IMG/VR virus record: IMGVR_UViG_3300043296_000027 | Location: 1 to 27,488 of that record | Direction: 5' to 3' (one strand) | Source: a virus | Lineage: Duplodnaviria; Caudoviricetes | DNA: 27,488 nt | Part shown: positions 25,513 to 27,488 of the stretch, in pieces | How the letters are laid out: each line of letters begins with the position of its first letter | How positions within the stretch are numbered: position 1 is the stretch's first letter | Made by a program: the position numbers and the translations under genes | The notes under the pieces: generated by a model | What the model saw: the letters and a program-made list of their open reading frames with translations, nothing else | What the model was told of the DNA's origin: nothing | Database searches by the model: none

Positions 25513-26580
25513 TTACCTCGTGTACGGTGCAATGTTAGGACGCAAGTAGGCTTCCGACTCGTCGGTCTCACCTGTCCATGCGTCTTTCAAATATTTTTCT
25601 GCGTCGGTGTCGATGAACGGCAACTGTGAGACGTCCACCTCTTTAATCTCGCGACTCAGCTGTCGAGCAAGTTCACAAATAATTGCAAGGTACCAACGAT
25701 CAGGCACCTCCAGTTCGTCTGTCAGTGCACCGACGTCCTGCAACTGTCGCTGCACGAAACCTGTGATCTGATCGAATGTAAATTCTGCACCGGGGCTCGG
25801 CCACAACTCGATCTCCGGTCGTATGCGTCGCTTGTCGTACCAGAACTGTGTCGGTCGGCCAGTGCTTGCCTTGTCAGGCAGGTTGGCGTAGTCATTCCGA
25901 TTGAGTTTGTACATCGGAATTTCGTTGGGCTTGTTCTGGTAGACCAACTCAATCACATCGAGCACCGTAGTACCGGTCGCACGCAGTCGCCATGAATCGA
26001 ATTCCACGACGCGAGTAGGTGCCTGCACATCTTCCCAGATCCACTCATTAGCAACGACTTCCTGTTCGGTACGCGTGATGTAAGGAGTTGCCGTCACGAA
26101 GTTATCGTTCGACGCTTCGATCACATAGTCCCACGTCCCAGAGACGTTGGGCATGATGCCAAAGGTACTGATTGCCATCGCACTGTCGAGCAACATGGTG
26201 ATCGTGCCCAGTGCTGCCAGCTGTGTGCACGCTGTGGTCAGGTCTCCATCGAACGCATTACCAGCTACACCTTCCGATGCAGTTGCGTCGCCAGTGAGTC
26301 GGTTCTGATTCCGCAGGTTGATCGTGTACGTGTCCACGGTACCGAGAGGACACGGCACCGTCTGGTTGCGTTCGTAGATCGGCAGGATGATCGGATCCAC
26401 ATTCCACAGCTTGATGCCCTTGTTGCTGAGCGTCATGGTAAACAACCACAGCAGGTCGAGAGCAATCGTCAGATGCTCACCTGTGATCTGTTGCTCAACC
26501 ATCTTGCAACGCCGGAAGGCGTGGTCGATGATTTGCTGGTTCAAGAAAACTGTTGAACCGACTGTTCCTGTTGTTGGCAT
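25513..26580 (-). CDS. Head-tail connector/adaptor protein with inserted beta-sandwich domain
   Basis: IIDHAFRRC..LSNKGIKLW N-terminus and LNRNDYANLPDKASTGRPTQFWYD..LWPSP..QDVG..VPDRW C-terminus; NAFDGD insert in between. Confidence 0.7.
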   Translation of the reverse strand: MPTTGTVGSTVFLNQQIIDHAFRRCKMVEQQITGEHLTIALDLLWLFTMTLSNKGIKLWNVDPIILPIYERNQTVPCPLGTVDTYTINLRNQNRLTGDATASEGVAGNAFDGDLTTACTQLAALGTITMLLDSAMAISTFGIMPNVSGTWDYVIEASNDNFVTATPYITRTEQEVVANEWIWEDVQAPTRVVEFDSWRLRATGTTVLDVIELVYQNKPNEIPMYKLNRNDYANLPDKASTGRPTQFWYDKRRIRPEIELWPSPGAEFTFDQITGFVQRQLQDVGALTDELEVPDRWYLAIICELARQLSREIKEVDVSQLPFIDTDAEKYLKDAWTGETDESEAYLRPNIAPYTR

Positions 26581-26697
26581 CTATCTCGCTCCGCGTGTAC
26601 GCATTCCTCGTCCACCGCTTGGACGTTGCTGATGTCCGCGAGGGCGAGGAGCCTTGATGTGCTTATCCATTACATCCTCAGCTTCCCGCCTCGCTAT
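26581..26697 (-). CDS. 38-aa -1 frame extension of the 207-aa protein (alternatively an independent 29-aa ORF from ATG 26670)
   Basis: Hand translation IARREAEDVMDKHIKAPRPRGHQQRPSGGRGMRTRGAR*; its TAG directly abuts the ATG of the adaptor gene. Confidence 0.6.
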   Translation of the reverse strand: MARREAEDVMDKHIKAPRPRGHQQRPSGGRGMRTRGAR

Positions 26698-26716
26698 TTT
26701 TTTATGCTGCCACCTC
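26638..26716 (-). promoter_or_regulatory. Candidate -1 programmed ribosomal frameshift signal
   Basis: GAGGT, 8 nt, A AAA AAA (26703-26697), TAG, then a hairpin with arms GCGAGGCGGGAAGC / GCTCCTCGCCCTCGC and inner GATGT/ACATC. Confidence 0.55.
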
Positions 26717-27317
26717 TCGCATAACCAACGCTGCCACCTTTGCACTTGACGTTCTTCGGCATGCCTGCCGCTGAAGCTTTCAAGGGTGCTTTCATCGGGC
26801 CTTTCTTCGGATGCAGGACTTTTTTGGCATGCTTAATAGCAGCATCAGCCAGTGCACCTCCACCGCTATCGACCCTGCCACCCTTATGCAATCCGGGCTT
26901 CAGTCGCCCAGTGCCACCGGCTTCTCGCTCGGCCTGATTGCGGGCATTCTTTCCGCGACGCGCAGGCTGAACACCATGGTCCATGGTCTTCTGCTTGCCC
27001 TTCTTCATCTTGAACTCATCGGAGGTGTCGCCGCTCGCACCGTATTTCTTGACCGCACCACCGTACATGTAGCCCATCTTCGCGCCAGCCTTTTTCAGCT
27101 TGCCATGCATGCCACCTTTCATGTAGCCGCCCTTGGCACGAGGTGTCGTGATCGTCACGTCATCGACTTGGATCTCACGCTCCGGTCCCATGAAGCCGCC
27201 CGCCATTTTCTTCACTGCTCCGCCACGCTTGTAGCCTTTCACGCTACGGGAACCAGTGAAGCCCTGTTCCGCAGGAAATTCAAATTCCCCGTATGTTAAT
27301 CCAACGTTCTTTTTCAT
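26694..27317 (-). CDS. Lys/Gly-rich basic late protein with repeated xxGG motifs
   Basis: GGAG RBS; YKRGG, KMAGG, RAKGG, YMKGG, YMYGG, LHKGG, KCKGG, YARGG. Confidence 0.75.
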   Translation of the reverse strand: MKKNVGLTYGEFEFPAEQGFTGSRSVKGYKRGGAVKKMAGGFMGPEREIQVDDVTITTPRAKGGYMKGGMHGKLKKAGAKMGYMYGGAVKKYGASGDTSDEFKMKKGKQKTMDHGVQPARRGKNARNQAEREAGGTGRLKPGLHKGGRVDSGGGALADAAIKHAKKVLHPKKGPMKAPLKASAAGMPKNVKCKGGSVGYARGGSIKK

Positions 27318-27321
27318 TTCA

Positions 27322-27486
27322 CTACTCCACTATGTCTGGATCTGCAGGCGGACGAGTGTCGTCAAACTCCTGCCCCTGTCCTACGTTAATGATGTCGTTG
27401 AGCCACTGTCGCGTGCGTTCTTCCACCCAGTCCTCATCATCCAAACCGGCATCAGGTCGGGAAGGTGGGTTCGGGGGAACAAAGTC
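27322..27486 (-). CDS. C-terminal fragment of an upstream late gene
   Basis: Open frame from the window edge: DFVPPNPPSRPDAGLDDEDWVEERTRQWLNDIINVGQGQEFDDTRPPADPDIVE*. Confidence 0.6.
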   Translation of the reverse strand, partial: DFVPPNPPSRPDAGLDDEDWVEERTRQWLNDIINVGQGQEFDDTRPPADPDIVE

Positions 27487-27488
27487 TG

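Larger units (their letters stand above)
1..27488. mobile_element. Tailed bacteriophage genome segment (podovirus-like), convergent early/replication arm and late/structural arm
   Basis: Dense genes with overlapping start/stop codons; phage-type SSB, helicase, VRR-NUC, TerS, endolysin/holin, tail fibres, nozzle-like and ejection-like proteins. No host genes, integrase or att site in the window, so free phage versus prophage cannot be decided. Confidence 0.95.

Noticed and set aside
1-27488. CRISPR array, tRNA, integrase/att, reverse transcriptase or DGR repeats, alternative genetic code
   Set aside because: No repeat-spacer periodicity, cloverleaf, RT motifs or near-identical TR/VR pair noticed by eye; genes tile fully under the standard code.

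Overview
The whole window is tailed-phage DNA of podovirus-type architecture, with no host genes. There are two convergent arms. The + strand arm (about 1-5.6 kb) is a replication/recombination and nucleotide-metabolism cluster: Sak4/AAA_24-like ATPase (partial), DUF669-like SSB, SNF2-like helicase, VRR-NUC-like nuclease, MazG-like pyrophosphatase, a HAD phosphatase and small zinc-binding ORFs, one of them missed by the ORF track. The - strand arm (27.5 to 5.4 kb) is one tightly coupled late operon: head-tail adaptors, two related tail fibres, an embedded lysis cassette, a nozzle-like protein, several internal/ejection proteins, a displaced small terminase, an HExxH protein and a large RGG/Pro-rich disordered protein. 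Most notable: (1) a [FYM]-x-x-G-G-[hydrophobic] motif recurs in six otherwise unrelated late proteins, near termini and segment boundaries, together with amphipathic membrane-active-looking helices and a candidate metallopeptidase, suggesting a shared processing or capsid-sorting system; (2) a dnaX-like -1 frameshift cassette (SD + A AAA AAA + long hairpin) at 26638-26716; (3) shared Lys/Arg-rich tails on the early proteins. All assignments are from motif recognition by eye; no database searches were run.
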